In this document: positions 40,192 through 49,588 of the stretch, piece by piece
Layout of the letters: each line of letters starts with the position of its first letter
Position numbering within the stretch: position 1 is the first letter of the stretch
DNA from: an uncultured Bacteroidales bacterium
GTDB taxonomy: Bacteria > Bacteroidota > Bacteroidia > Bacteroidales > Muribaculaceae
Length of the DNA stretch: 64,000 bases
Reading direction: 5' to 3'
Assembly: GCA_902792895.1 (NCBI GenBank)
Contig: CADBBK010000004.1
Span: forward strand, 60,464 to 124,463
Notes under the pieces: generated by a model
What the model saw: the letters and a program-made list of their open reading frames with translations, nothing else
Databases searched by the model: none
Told to the model about the DNA's origin: nothing
Program-made: the position numbers and the translations under genes

Positions 40192-40305
40192 ATAAAGTTG
40201 TAAGTCTTAAGTTGTAAGTTTTTAGTACAATTACTGTCGCCTGACCGTCAATGGACACAATGGTATTATTACTTACAACTTAAAACTAAAAACTTAAAAC
40301 TTAAT

Positions 40306-41556
40306 ATGAAACGAGCTGATTTTGAAATCATGGCCCCTGTGGGCTCCTGGGAATCACTATATGCCGCCCATCAGGGTGGCGCCGATGCCATCTACTTCGG
40401 CATCGAGGGACTGAACATGCGCTCGCGCTCCAGTGTCAACTTCACACTCGAGGACCTGCACACCATCGCCCAGTGGTGCCACGAGCACGGCATGAAGAGT
40501 TACCTCACGGTCAACACCATCGTCTATGACGAGGACATGGACTACATGCGCCAGATCGTCACTGCCGCCCGCGATGCACGGGTGAGCGCCATCATCGCCA
40601 GCGACATGGCAACCATCCTGTTTGCCCGCTCCATCGGCGTGGAGGTACACATCTCCACCCAGGTCAACGTGAGCAACAGTGAGGCGGTGCGCTACTACAG
40701 CCAGTGGGCCGATGTCATGGTCCTCGCCCGCGAGTTGAACTTGGAACAAGTGACCAAAATCACCGATTTCATCGGAAAAAATGACGTTCGTGGGCCACAT
40801 GGTGAACGCGTCAGACTGGAGATGTTCTGTCACGGTGCGTTGTGCATGGCCGTGTCGGGCAAGTGCTACATGAGCCTGCATCAGGAGAACACCAGTGCCA
40901 ACCGCGGCGCCTGTCGCCAGATATGCCGTCGCGGCTATCTGGTCACCGACCTGGTTAATGGCGACGAACTGACCATCGAGAACAAGTACATCATGTCGCC
41001 CAAGGACTTGAAGACCATCCACTTCCTCAACAAGATGGTGGATGCCGGCGTGACGGTGTTCAAAATCGAGGGCCGCGCTCGTGGGCCAGAATATGTGCGT
41101 ACGGTGGCGGGCTGCTATGACGAGGCCTTGAAGGCCATCTGCGACGGTACCTATACCGAGGATCGCATCGACGGCTGGAACGAGCGGTTGGCCAAGGTCT
41201 TCAACCGCGGTTTTTGGGACGGTTACTACATGGGACAGCGGTTGGGCGAGTGGTCGGCCAAATACGGCTCCAGCGCTACGAGAGTCAAGATGTACGTTGC
41301 CAAGGGTATCCGCTACTACAGCAAACTCGGTGTCGCCGAGTTCCTGATGGAGGCCGGCGAACTGCACGTGGGCGACGAGGCATGGATTATCGGCCCCACG
41401 ACGGGTGCCATTCCCTTGACCATCGAGGAAATCCGTGTGGACCTCAAGCCTGTCGAGAAGACCGTCAAGGGTGAGCACTTCTCCATCGCAGTGCCCGAGA
41501 AAATCCGCCCCAGCGACAAACTCTATCTGTGGCAGCCCGTCACACCCAAGCAGTGA
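40306..41556 (+). CDS. Peptidase U32 family protein
   Basis: 416 aa. The N-terminus reads MAPVGSWESLYAAHQGGADAIYFG, and it has a Cys cluster CRQICRR. Confidence 0.85.
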   Translation: MKRADFEIMAPVGSWESLYAAHQGGADAIYFGIEGLNMRSRSSVNFTLEDLHTIAQWCHEHGMKSYLTVNTIVYDEDMDYMRQIVTAARDARVSAIIASDMATILFARSIGVEVHISTQVNVSNSEAVRYYSQWADVMVLARELNLEQVTKITDFIGKNDVRGPHGERVRLEMFCHGALCMAVSGKCYMSLHQENTSANRGACRQICRRGYLVTDLVNGDELTIENKYIMSPKDLKTIHFLNKMVDAGVTVFKIEGRARGPEYVRTVAGCYDEALKAICDGTYTEDRIDGWNERLAKVFNRGFWDGYYMGQRLGEWSAKYGSSATRVKMYVAKGIRYYSKLGVAEFLMEAGELHVGDEAWIIGPTTGAIPLTIEEIRVDLKPVEKTVKGEHFSIAVPEKIRPSDKLYLWQPVTPKQ

Positions 41557-41639
41557 CGAACCGCAGCAGCCATTGGGTATAATCAGAAAGGATTAACAAC
41601 CTTTACGATATCAACTTTATAACCACTAATTCATTGCAT

Positions 41640-43475
41640 ATGAAAAAGATTACTTTTATTATGCTGTTTGCCGCTATAGCGGTAATCAGCGCTTGGGGAC
41701 AGGGGCTGACGGCATCTTTTGCTGCCGATGAGGCTTCGGTGCCCTATTATCTGATGGGTTGGGACTCTCCCGACGAGTTTGACACCTGGACCTATGAGTC
41801 GACCAGCAGCAGCACTTGGAAATTAGGAAACCGGACGCCGTCGTTCGGAACCATCGACCTGACAAACGTTGCCTCGTTGATACTTGACTACGCTTCAGGC
41901 CAGAACGAGGTTGCCACCTCACCTGCTATCGAAATCAGGCCCAACAGCACGCTCGAATTCTACTGCTATGCCAGTGGCATTTACCTGGTCTATGGCGCAT
42001 GGAAACTGTATGCCATCGTTGATGACACACCCACTCTGCTCATCGACCAGTTCCAGTGGGCTCAGGCAGCAGGCTACGACGGTCCCAGTTGGGAGCGGTT
42101 CACTGTAAACCTTGCGGAGTATGCCGGCAAGGAAGTGAAGTTCTCGTTTGTCTATCAAGGCGACTATGGCGAGGACGAGGCCATCGACGGCTTCAGGATT
42201 CTGCAAGCCAACGATGGTGATGAGGCCATCATCAATATCAATGAGGGCGAGAGCGTGCACTTCAGGGATACGTCCACGGGCAATGTTACCTCATGGAACT
42301 GGACCTTTGAGGGCGGCGAGCCCGCTACCAGCATGGAGCAGAACCCCGTGGTGACCTACAACCATGCCGGTTCCTATGCCGTGACGCTCACTGTTGGCGA
42401 CGGCACAACGACCGACACCAAGTCACGCACTGCCTATGTCATCGTCCATGCCGAGGCTCCTGTGGCACATGTCGGTCTGCCTGACGGTGCCTACCTCTCG
42501 CCGTGGGTAATGATGTTCGTGCCCACCGAGGTGCCCTTGACCTTCAAGGATGCTTCTACCGGCAATCCTACATCGTGGATGTGGACCTTTGAGGGTACCG
42601 ACATCACGACCAGCGACCTTCAGAATCCCACAGTGACCTATCTCCAGGAGGGCACCTACGGCCTTAAACTCGAGGTAGCCAACGAAGTGGGCTCCAGTGT
42701 TGACGAGTATGTTAACACGGCCATCCAAGCTGGCGGAGAACAGGAAATCTGGAACATCGCTCCCGAGGAGAACAGCGACCTGACGATGATGGAAATGGGC
42801 TGGTATGGCAACTATGCCGGCACCAACTGGCTGGGTATCGGCGAATTTGCCGAGCACTTTGATGCACCCGTCACCGACGCACAAATCTCACAAGTGAATG
42901 TATACTTCGGCAAAACTACCGCCACATCGACCGATGCAGACATCGAGATGAAGATTATGACTGCCGGTGACGATGGCATGCCCGACCAAGTGCTGGCCAC
43001 TACCAGCGTGAAGGCCGGCGACCTGGCCTTTGACCCGACCACGGTCAATGCCACCGAATTTGTGTTTGACGAGCCTGTGGACATCCCTGCCGGTACCGAG
43101 TTCTTTGCTGTTGTGGGTCCCTTCCCCAACAACGGGGGAGATGACATCGCCATCTTGCTGTGTCGTCGCGACCTGGGCGAGAAATGCACCGGTTATCACT
43201 TCGTCTATGACGAGGAGAATTACGAGTACCTCGAGACCGGTACCTGGTACAAGAACACCGACGACCCGCTGTCGCTCGCCGTGGCTCCCGTACTCAGCTT
43301 CGTCACGTCTTCAGACAACACCAGCATCAGTCAGCCCGAGGCCGACAAGCAGGTACTCAGTCACACCTACTACAATCTTGCTGGTATGTCTAGCAGCAAG
43401 CCCTTTGACGGCATGAATATCGTGGTTACACACTATAGTGACGGTACCTTCACTGCCACCAAGGTAATGAAGTAA
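41640..43475 (+). CDS. Secreted surface protein: MAM/choice-of-anchor-J-like N-domain, 2 PKD domains, a further beta domain and a short T9SS-like tail
   Basis: The track start at 41634 is TTG; the ATG at 41640 gives MKKITFIMLFAAIAVISAWGQ. The PKD motifs are VHFRDTSTGNVTSWNWTFEGG and LTFKDASTGNPTSWMWTFEG. The C-terminus reads YYNLAGM...GMNIVVTHYSDGTFTATKVMK. Confidence 0.8.
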   Translation: MKKITFIMLFAAIAVISAWGQGLTASFAADEASVPYYLMGWDSPDEFDTWTYESTSSSTWKLGNRTPSFGTIDLTNVASLILDYASGQNEVATSPAIEIRPNSTLEFYCYASGIYLVYGAWKLYAIVDDTPTLLIDQFQWAQAAGYDGPSWERFTVNLAEYAGKEVKFSFVYQGDYGEDEAIDGFRILQANDGDEAIININEGESVHFRDTSTGNVTSWNWTFEGGEPATSMEQNPVVTYNHAGSYAVTLTVGDGTTTDTKSRTAYVIVHAEAPVAHVGLPDGAYLSPWVMMFVPTEVPLTFKDASTGNPTSWMWTFEGTDITTSDLQNPTVTYLQEGTYGLKLEVANEVGSSVDEYVNTAIQAGGEQEIWNIAPEENSDLTMMEMGWYGNYAGTNWLGIGEFAEHFDAPVTDAQISQVNVYFGKTTATSTDADIEMKIMTAGDDGMPDQVLATTSVKAGDLAFDPTTVNATEFVFDEPVDIPAGTEFFAVVGPFPNNGGDDIAILLCRRDLGEKCTGYHFVYDEENYEYLETGTWYKNTDDPLSLAVAPVLSFVTSSDNTSISQPEADKQVLSHTYYNLAGMSSSKPFDGMNIVVTHYSDGTFTATKVMK

Positions 43476-43503
43476 CCGCAGTACATCACGATAGTTACCA
43501 CTC

Positions 43504-43541
43504 AACAAGAGGTCGCGCCAAGATTGGCGCGACCTCTTGTT
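43504..43541 (+). terminator. 17-bp perfect GC-rich hairpin after the PKD gene
   Basis: AACAAGAGGTCGCGCCA-agat-TGGCGCGACCTCTTGTT. There is no T-tract on the + strand. Confidence 0.45.
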
Positions 43542-43548
43542 AAAAAGC

Positions 43549-43587
43549 AATGGTGGACACCTTCTCACTAGAGGATTGTCCACCATT
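43549..43587. terminator. Bidirectional hairpin terminator between convergent genes
   Basis: AATGGTGGAC ... GTCCACCATT is flanked by AAAAAGC on the left and GTTTTGTTG on the right. It lies 22 nt past the glgB stop. Confidence 0.6.
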
Positions 43588-43608
43588 GTTTTGTTGTCGT
43601 ATAGACGG

Positions 43609-45666
43609 TTATTTCTTCTTGGCAACCGGCCTCTTGCGGGGTTTGGGCGCTGGCTTGAGGCGCAATACCTGGGCACTGCGGGCAGGCAGGTACAGTTTGA
43701 GCCATCCCAAGTGGTGGGGAGCATACAGGCCGTCATGCTCGGTCAGGTGCTTGACGCCCTCGTCGATGTTGCCATAACCGCCGTAGCGCTCGTTATCGCT
43801 GTCGAACACGTTCACATACTCGCCCTCGGGAGCCAAGATGGGATAGTCCACATGGGAGCGGTTGGGGCTGAAGTTGAACACAAACGCAAGGTCACCGCGC
43901 ATATAAGCGAGCACCTGGTCGTCGTCCTTGTCCCACAACTTGCGCACCGGCAGCGACTCAAAGCCTTTGACACCGCCGATGAGGTGAATCATGTCATTGT
44001 CCCAGTTATTGAGGAACTGGTACTTGAGGTCCTTGCGGTCCACGAGGTCCCACTGGCGGCGGGCATACTTGTAACTCCAACCGTTGCCCTCGCGCGGGAA
44101 GTCAATCCACTCGGGATGTCCCCACTCGTTGCCCATGAAGTTGAGGTAGGCGCCGTTGATGAGCGAGGCAGTCACGAGGCGTATCATCTTGTGCAACGCC
44201 ATTCCACGGTCCACAGTGCCGTCGTGGTCATCTGTCATCATGTGCCAGTACATCTCCTTGTCGATGAGACGGAAGATGATGGTCTTGTCGCCCACCAGGG
44301 CCTGGTCATGACTCTCGGCATAAGAGACGGTCTTCTCGTCGGCACGGCGGTTGGTCAACTCCCACATGATGCTGGTGGGATGCCAGTCCTCATCCTTGCG
44401 CTCCTTGATGGTCTTGATCCAATAGTCGGGGATGCCCATCGCCATGCGATAGTCAAAGCCGATGCCGCCGTCCTTGAAGGTGCGGGCCAGGCCAGGCATA
44501 CCGCTCATCTCCTCGGCGATGGTGATGGCATGGGGGTTGATGTCATGGATGAGCACGTTGGCCAACGTGAGGTAGGTGATGGCGTTGGTGTCCTGACTGC
44601 CGTTGTAGTAGTCGTCATAGCTGCCGAAGGCCTGTCCCAAGCCGTGGCTGTAGTACAGCATCGAGGTCACGCCGTCGAAACGGAAACCGTCGAACTTGTA
44701 CTCCTCGAGCCAGAACTTGCAGTTGGACAGCAGGAAGTTCATCACGGCGTTCTTGCCGTAGTCAAAGCACAGCGAATCCCATGCGGGATGCTCGCGCTTG
44801 TCGTCGCCATAGAAGTAGAGGTCGCCCGTGCCGTCGAAGCAGCCGAGGCCCTCAACCTCGTTTTTCACTGCATGGGAGTGGACGATGTCCATGATGACGG
44901 CGATGCCGCGGCTATGGGCGTCGTCGATGAGGTGCTTCAATTCCTCGGGGGTGCCGAAGCGCGACGAGGCGGCATAGAAACTCGACACATGGTAACCGAA
45001 GGAGCCGTAATAGGGATGTTCCTGGATGGCCATGATCTGGATGGCATTGTAGCCATCGGCAGCAATGCGCGGCAGCACATTCACACGGAACTCCTCATAG
45101 GTTCCCACGCCCTCGCGGTTTTGTGCCATACCGATGTGGCACTCATAGATGAGCAACGGGCTGGTGTTGGGCACGAAGTGCTTGGTCTTGAACTTGTAAG
45201 GCTCTTCGGGGTCCCACACTTGGGCCGAGAAGATGTAGGTCTTCTCGTCCTGTACCACACGCGTGGCATAGGCCGGAATGCGTTCGCCTTCCCCACCCTG
45301 CCAGTGGATGCGCAGCTTGTACAGGTCGCCGTGGTGCATGGCACGTGCGGGCAGGACAATCTCCCAGTTGCCGCCATCGAGCCGCTTGAGGCGGTAAGGA
45401 GCGCACTCACGCCAGTCATTGAACTGACCGATGATATAAATCTCGGTAGCATTGGGTGCCCATTCACGGAACACCCAACCGCCGTCGGCGGTGCGATGCA
45501 GGCCATAGTAATTGTAGGCGTTAGCAAACTCCACGAGGTTACCCGTGCCGCCGGTGAGCTCGGCTATCTTGTTCACGGCATCCTGATGACGGCCGTTGAT
45601 AGCGTCACTGTAGGGTTCCAACCAAGGGTCGTCATTGATGATGGCAAGATTCTTTTTCTTCTTCAT
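43609..45666 (-). CDS. glgB: 1,4-alpha-glucan branching enzyme (GH13, eukaryote-like subtype)
   Basis: 685 aa, with the GH13 motifs DIVHSH, GFRFDGVTSM, AEEMSG and YAESHDQ. Confidence 0.92.
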   Translation of the reverse strand: MKKKKNLAIINDDPWLEPYSDAINGRHQDAVNKIAELTGGTGNLVEFANAYNYYGLHRTADGGWVFREWAPNATEIYIIGQFNDWRECAPYRLKRLDGGNWEIVLPARAMHHGDLYKLRIHWQGGEGERIPAYATRVVQDEKTYIFSAQVWDPEEPYKFKTKHFVPNTSPLLIYECHIGMAQNREGVGTYEEFRVNVLPRIAADGYNAIQIMAIQEHPYYGSFGYHVSSFYAASSRFGTPEELKHLIDDAHSRGIAVIMDIVHSHAVKNEVEGLGCFDGTGDLYFYGDDKREHPAWDSLCFDYGKNAVMNFLLSNCKFWLEEYKFDGFRFDGVTSMLYYSHGLGQAFGSYDDYYNGSQDTNAITYLTLANVLIHDINPHAITIAEEMSGMPGLARTFKDGGIGFDYRMAMGIPDYWIKTIKERKDEDWHPTSIMWELTNRRADEKTVSYAESHDQALVGDKTIIFRLIDKEMYWHMMTDDHDGTVDRGMALHKMIRLVTASLINGAYLNFMGNEWGHPEWIDFPREGNGWSYKYARRQWDLVDRKDLKYQFLNNWDNDMIHLIGGVKGFESLPVRKLWDKDDDQVLAYMRGDLAFVFNFSPNRSHVDYPILAPEGEYVNVFDSDNERYGGYGNIDEGVKHLTEHDGLYAPHHLGWLKLYLPARSAQVLRLKPAPKPRKRPVAKKK

Positions 45667-45696
45667 ATCGTGCTGTCATTAGATGGGTGATGAGCA

Positions 45697-45704
45697 CAAA
45701 GGTA
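45697..45704 (-). promoter_or_regulatory. -7 promoter box TACCTTTG for glgB
   Basis: The reverse complement of CAAAGGTA lies 31 nt upstream of the ATG at 45666. Confidence 0.55.
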
Positions 45705-45832
45705 CTATTTTACCGCTAAACCCGACTACAATCCTGACCTATTTTTGGAATAAACACTTGAAAACGATTGCAAATCGATGGATATTTGCAAGAAAAAACA
45801 CCGAAAAAATGATGGGATATTGAAAAAAACAT

Positions 45833-45840
45833 TAAATTTG
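45833..45840 (+). promoter_or_regulatory. -7 promoter box TAAATTTG
   Basis: It lies 46 nt upstream of the ATG at 45886. Confidence 0.5.
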
Positions 45841-45885
45841 CACTCTTTGAAGGCAAATACTAACAACTAAAATATCTTTATCACT

Positions 45886-46758
45886 ATGAGACTTGAAGGA
45901 AGACGCGAAAGCGAAAATGTTGAAGATCGCCGCGGTATGGGCACCGGTACCAAGATTGGACTTGGTGGCATCGGCGGACTGATTATCGCCGGATTGATCA
46001 CCCTGCTGATGGGTGGAGACATCGGTGACGTGTTACAGCAAGCTGGTGGCTTAGGAGGTATGCAATCTGGCGGCCAGACCGAATTCACCCAGGAAGAGCA
46101 GGAACTCGCCACCTTCTCCAAACAGGTTATTGCAAGTACCGAGGACATCTGGTCACAGATTTTCCAGCAGTATGGAATCGGCCAGTACCCTCCCCCCACA
46201 TTGGTACTCTACACTGGCACCACCCAGACCGCTTGCGGCCAGGGCAACGCAGCAGTCGGCCCCTTCTACTGCTCGGGCGACCAGAAGGTATATCTTGACC
46301 TGTCGTTCTTCCAGACCATGGACCGTCAGTTGGGCGTGAAGGGAGACAACTCCAGTTTGGCTAAGGCCTATGTCATCGCCCATGAGGTGGGACACCACAT
46401 CGAGTACCTGATGGGAACCCTCGACCAGGCCCACCGCAAGATGCAGGCCACCAACCAGACCAACGCCAACAAGTACAGCGTGCGCCTCGAGCTCATGGCC
46501 GACTTCTATGCCGGTGTGTGGGCACACTACGAGAGCAGGCTCTTCGGTTCCATCAGTGACCAAGACCTGCAGGAGGCCATCGACTGCGCACAGAAGATCG
46601 GTGATGACTACCTGCAGAAGCGTTCACAGGGTTATGCACAGCCCGAGAGTTTCACCCACGGCACCAGCGCCCAGCGCATGAAGTGGTTCAAACTCGGTTA
46701 CCAAACCGGCGATGTGCGCCGCGCCACCACCTTCCAGGAGAGCGACGCCACCCTGTAA
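45886..46758 (+). CDS. ypfJ: YpfJ-family neutral zinc metallopeptidase
   Basis: 290 aa. It begins MRLEGRRESENVEDRRG, has a TM segment, the zinc motif HEVGHH and the region FTHGTSAQRMKWF. As I recall the E. coli YpfJ sequence, it is closely colinear with it. Confidence 0.9.
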   Translation: MRLEGRRESENVEDRRGMGTGTKIGLGGIGGLIIAGLITLLMGGDIGDVLQQAGGLGGMQSGGQTEFTQEEQELATFSKQVIASTEDIWSQIFQQYGIGQYPPPTLVLYTGTTQTACGQGNAAVGPFYCSGDQKVYLDLSFFQTMDRQLGVKGDNSSLAKAYVIAHEVGHHIEYLMGTLDQAHRKMQATNQTNANKYSVRLELMADFYAGVWAHYESRLFGSISDQDLQEAIDCAQKIGDDYLQKRSQGYAQPESFTHGTSAQRMKWFKLGYQTGDVRRATTFQESDATL

Positions 46759-46843
46759 ACCACTCATTTCACCCAATTAACGACGATGCCCACTCTGTCT
46801 TGGAGTGGGCATTGCTGTTATATTAGTCCGTATAACTTTCTTA

Positions 46844-47629
46844 TCACTCCCTATAGATTCCCGTGAAGGTGCGGCCGCTGTTGATACCCAGGCGGCGGGC
46901 TGAGAAGAAACGCTCGTGGTCGCAGCGGGAGCAGTGTTGCGAGGTGATGATGTTATCGGCTTTGATGCCGGCTGCAACGAGGGCAGCACGGTTGGCAGCG
47001 CGCAGGTCGATGTGAGCCTTGCCGGTGGCGGCATTGCGCTCGACGATGGCATCGAGGGCAAAGCCGGCCTTCCTGAACGCGTCGACCACCTCGTCACCCA
47101 CCTCGAAACAGGCTTGGCAGATGCTAGGACCCATCGCCACCTGGATGCGGTCGGCACGGGCCCCTTGACGGCACATCCCGTCGACCACTTTGGCGGCAAT
47201 GCGGCCTGCAGTACCCCTCCAGCCGGCATGGGCTACAGCAATGATTCCGGCTTGTCCATCCACGAGGGCCATGGGCACACAATCGGCAGTGTTCACGCCG
47301 ATGACTACACCAGGGAGCGATGTCACCAATGCATCAACGCCCTCAAGCGCTGCCTCCTGCTGGTCGATATCGAGCGATCGGAAATGCTCATCGATGACAG
47401 CCACGCGGCACGAGTGCGTCTGCCGCGGCATCACCAGGTTGTCCAGGTCCACCCCCAGCTGCATCGCCAGCGTGAGCCGCGCGTCAAGCACCCGCAGGGC
47501 ATCGTCACCCACATAGTCACACAGATTCACCCCAGAGTACGGGTTGCGCCTGTCCACTTGACCTCGTGTGGTCGAGAAAGCGGTCACGCCCTCGACAGGC
47601 TTAGCAAAATCCAATTTTTCCAATTCCAT
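46844..47629 (-). CDS. pgeF: Peptidoglycan editing factor PgeF (YfiH / laccase-domain family)
   Basis: The motifs HAGWRGT and TADC are present. The track start at 47632 is GTG; the ATG is at 47629. Confidence 0.88.
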   Translation of the reverse strand: MELEKLDFAKPVEGVTAFSTTRGQVDRRNPYSGVNLCDYVGDDALRVLDARLTLAMQLGVDLDNLVMPRQTHSCRVAVIDEHFRSLDIDQQEAALEGVDALVTSLPGVVIGVNTADCVPMALVDGQAGIIAVAHAGWRGTAGRIAAKVVDGMCRQGARADRIQVAMGPSICQACFEVGDEVVDAFRKAGFALDAIVERNAATGKAHIDLRAANRAALVAAGIKADNIITSQHCSRCDHERFFSARRLGINSGRTFTGIYRE

Positions 47630-47637
47630 CACGTCGA

Positions 47638-47645
47638 CAAAGGTA
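47638..47645 (-). promoter_or_regulatory. -7 promoter box TACCTTTG for pgeF
   Basis: The reverse complement of CAAAGGTA lies 9 nt upstream of the ATG at 47629, so the mRNA is leaderless or near-leaderless. Confidence 0.5.
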
Positions 47646-47688
47646 TGAAATTATTCCCGTTCGGCCCTCATGAATCAAAGAAAAGCGT

Positions 47689-47696
47689 TACCTTTG
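47689..47696 (+). promoter_or_regulatory. -7 promoter box TACCTTTG for recF
   Basis: It ends 4 nt before the ATG at 47701, so the mRNA is probably leaderless. Confidence 0.5.
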
Positions 47697-47700
47697 CATA

Positions 47701-48813
47701 ATGACACTGAACACTGCCACCATCGTCAACTACAAGAACATCGCCGAGGCCCGTCTCGAGTTCTCACCCAAGCTGAACTGCCTCATCGGCAACAACGGCC
47801 AGGGCAAGACCAACGTGCTCGATGCGATTTACTACCTGAGCATGTGCCGCTCCTATGCCTCGACAGCCGACAACAGCGCTGTCATCCGACACGGCGAGCC
47901 CTACATGATGCTCCAGGGCAGTTACACGCGTCAGGAAACGCCACTCGAGGTGAGCGTAGCCCTGCAGCGCGGCAAGCGCAAGGTGGTGCGGCGCGACGGC
48001 AAGGAGTACCAGCGCCTGAGCCAGCACATCGGGTTGCTGCCCGTGGTGATGGTTTCGCCCCAGGATTGGGACCTGGTGCGCGGCAGTGGTGAGGAGCGGC
48101 GCCGCTTCATGGACCTGATCATCTCGCAGAACGACAGCGAGTATCTCGATGCCCTCATCCGCTACAACAAGGCCGTGGAACAGCGCAACGCCATGATCAA
48201 GAAGGAGATGCGCGACCCGCTGCTCTATGAGACGGTCGAGCAGGCCATGGCCCTGCATGCCGCACTCGTCCATGAACGCCGCCAGCAGTGGGTGGAGCAG
48301 TTCCTGCCCATCTTCATGCACTACTATAAGGCCGTTGCAGGCGACGAGGAGACCGTGAGCCTGCACTACAAGAGCCACCTCAACGACGGCACCCTGACCG
48401 ACCACCTGGCAGCGACACGCGAGCGCGACCTGATTCTGGGTTACACCACGCGTGGCATCCACCGCGACGACCTGGAACTGATGCTCAATGGTTATCCCAT
48501 GCGCCAGACGGGCAGCCAGGGCCAGTGCAAGACCTACACCATCGCCCTGCGGTTCGCCCAGTTTGACTTCCTCAAGGCCAACAACCCTGCAGTGCCCATC
48601 CTGCTGCTCGACGATATATTTGACAAACTCGACGCCAGCCGCGTCGAGCGCATCGTCGATGTCGTGTCGAGTGACCGCTTCGGCCAGATATTCATCACCG
48701 ACACCAACCGCACCCACCTCGACGAGATTGTCGCACGCCACGGCGGCGGCCACTGCCTGATGCATGTCGAGGGCGGAGAAATCACCGTATTGAAAGGAGG
48801 AGAGCCGGCATGA
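47701..48813 (+). CDS. recF: DNA replication/repair protein RecF
   Basis: 370 aa, with the Walker A motif GNNGQGKTNVLDAIYYL and the signature/Walker B region LLLDDIFDKLD. Confidence 0.93.
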   Translation: MTLNTATIVNYKNIAEARLEFSPKLNCLIGNNGQGKTNVLDAIYYLSMCRSYASTADNSAVIRHGEPYMMLQGSYTRQETPLEVSVALQRGKRKVVRRDGKEYQRLSQHIGLLPVVMVSPQDWDLVRGSGEERRRFMDLIISQNDSEYLDALIRYNKAVEQRNAMIKKEMRDPLLYETVEQAMALHAALVHERRQQWVEQFLPIFMHYYKAVAGDEETVSLHYKSHLNDGTLTDHLAATRERDLILGYTTRGIHRDDLELMLNGYPMRQTGSQGQCKTYTIALRFAQFDFLKANNPAVPILLLDDIFDKLDASRVERIVDVVSSDRFGQIFITDTNRTHLDEIVARHGGGHCLMHVEGGEITVLKGGEPA

Positions 48814-49100
48814 AACGCACCGAGGCACGCAACATCGGCCAAATCATCACCGACCTGCTCAAGAAGGAAAACCTGGATGTCGCCCTCGACGAGCACCGCG
48901 CCAGCGCGCTGTGGCCCCAAATCGTGGGTGACGGCATCAACCGCTACACCATCAAGCGCTATGTCAAGGACGGGGTGATGACGGTGCACCTGTCATCGGC
49001 ATCGCTCGCCAACGAACTCATGCTCAACCGCGCCGCCCTGATTGCGCGCATCAACGAGGCCTTGGGCCGCGAAATCATCCGCGAAATCATTTTCAAATAG
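48810..49100 (+). CDS. DUF721-domain protein (DciA-like family)
   Basis: 96 aa. Its start overlaps the recF stop as ATGA. This is the conserved recF-DUF721 pairing. Confidence 0.8.
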   Translation: MKRTEARNIGQIITDLLKKENLDVALDEHRASALWPQIVGDGINRYTIKRYVKDGVMTVHLSSASLANELMLNRAALIARINEALGREIIREIIFK

Positions 49101-49135
49101 CACCAAACTACTAACCGCCAACAGTCAACCATCCA

Positions 49136-49576
49136 ATGAACCACGCTATCGAGGCACAATATCCCTTCAAGCGCAAGACCCAGGTCCAGTTGCGCTTCAA
49201 CGACATCGACGCCCTGGGCCACGTCAACAACTCGGTCTATTTCCAGTTCTTTGACCTTGCCAAGACAGAGTACTTCGCAGGCCTGGAGGTCAATGCCGAC
49301 ATCAACTGGTGCCGGCCCTCCATCGTCATTGCCAATGTGAATTGCAGTTTCCTTGTCCCAACGGTTTTTCAGGAACCCGTCGAGGTCCTCACCCAATGTG
49401 CCCACCTGGGCAACAAGAGCCTCACGCTGCTGCAGCACATGGTGAACCGTGACACCCGTGAGCTGAAAGCCACCTGCGCCACCGTCATGGTCAACCTGGA
49501 CCCAGAGACCAACCTGCCGGCACCCCTGCCCAAGGTCTGGCGTGACGCCATCGTCACCTACGAGGGCCACGAGTGA
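49136..49576 (+). CDS. Hotdog-fold acyl-CoA thioesterase (4HBT/YbgC-like)
   Basis: 146 aa, with RFNDIDALGHVNNSVYFQFFD. Confidence 0.8.
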   Translation: MNHAIEAQYPFKRKTQVQLRFNDIDALGHVNNSVYFQFFDLAKTEYFAGLEVNADINWCRPSIVIANVNCSFLVPTVFQEPVEVLTQCAHLGNKSLTLLQHMVNRDTRELKATCATVMVNLDPETNLPAPLPKVWRDAIVTYEGHE

Positions 49577-49588
49577 AAAGCAATGTGA

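Noticed and set aside
43537-45690. 717-aa + strand ORF covering the whole glgB locus
   Set aside because: This is a shadow ORF antisense to a confidently recognised GH13 branching enzyme. Its translation is V/A/G/H/L-rich low-information sequence, typical of the opposite strand of GC-rich genes.
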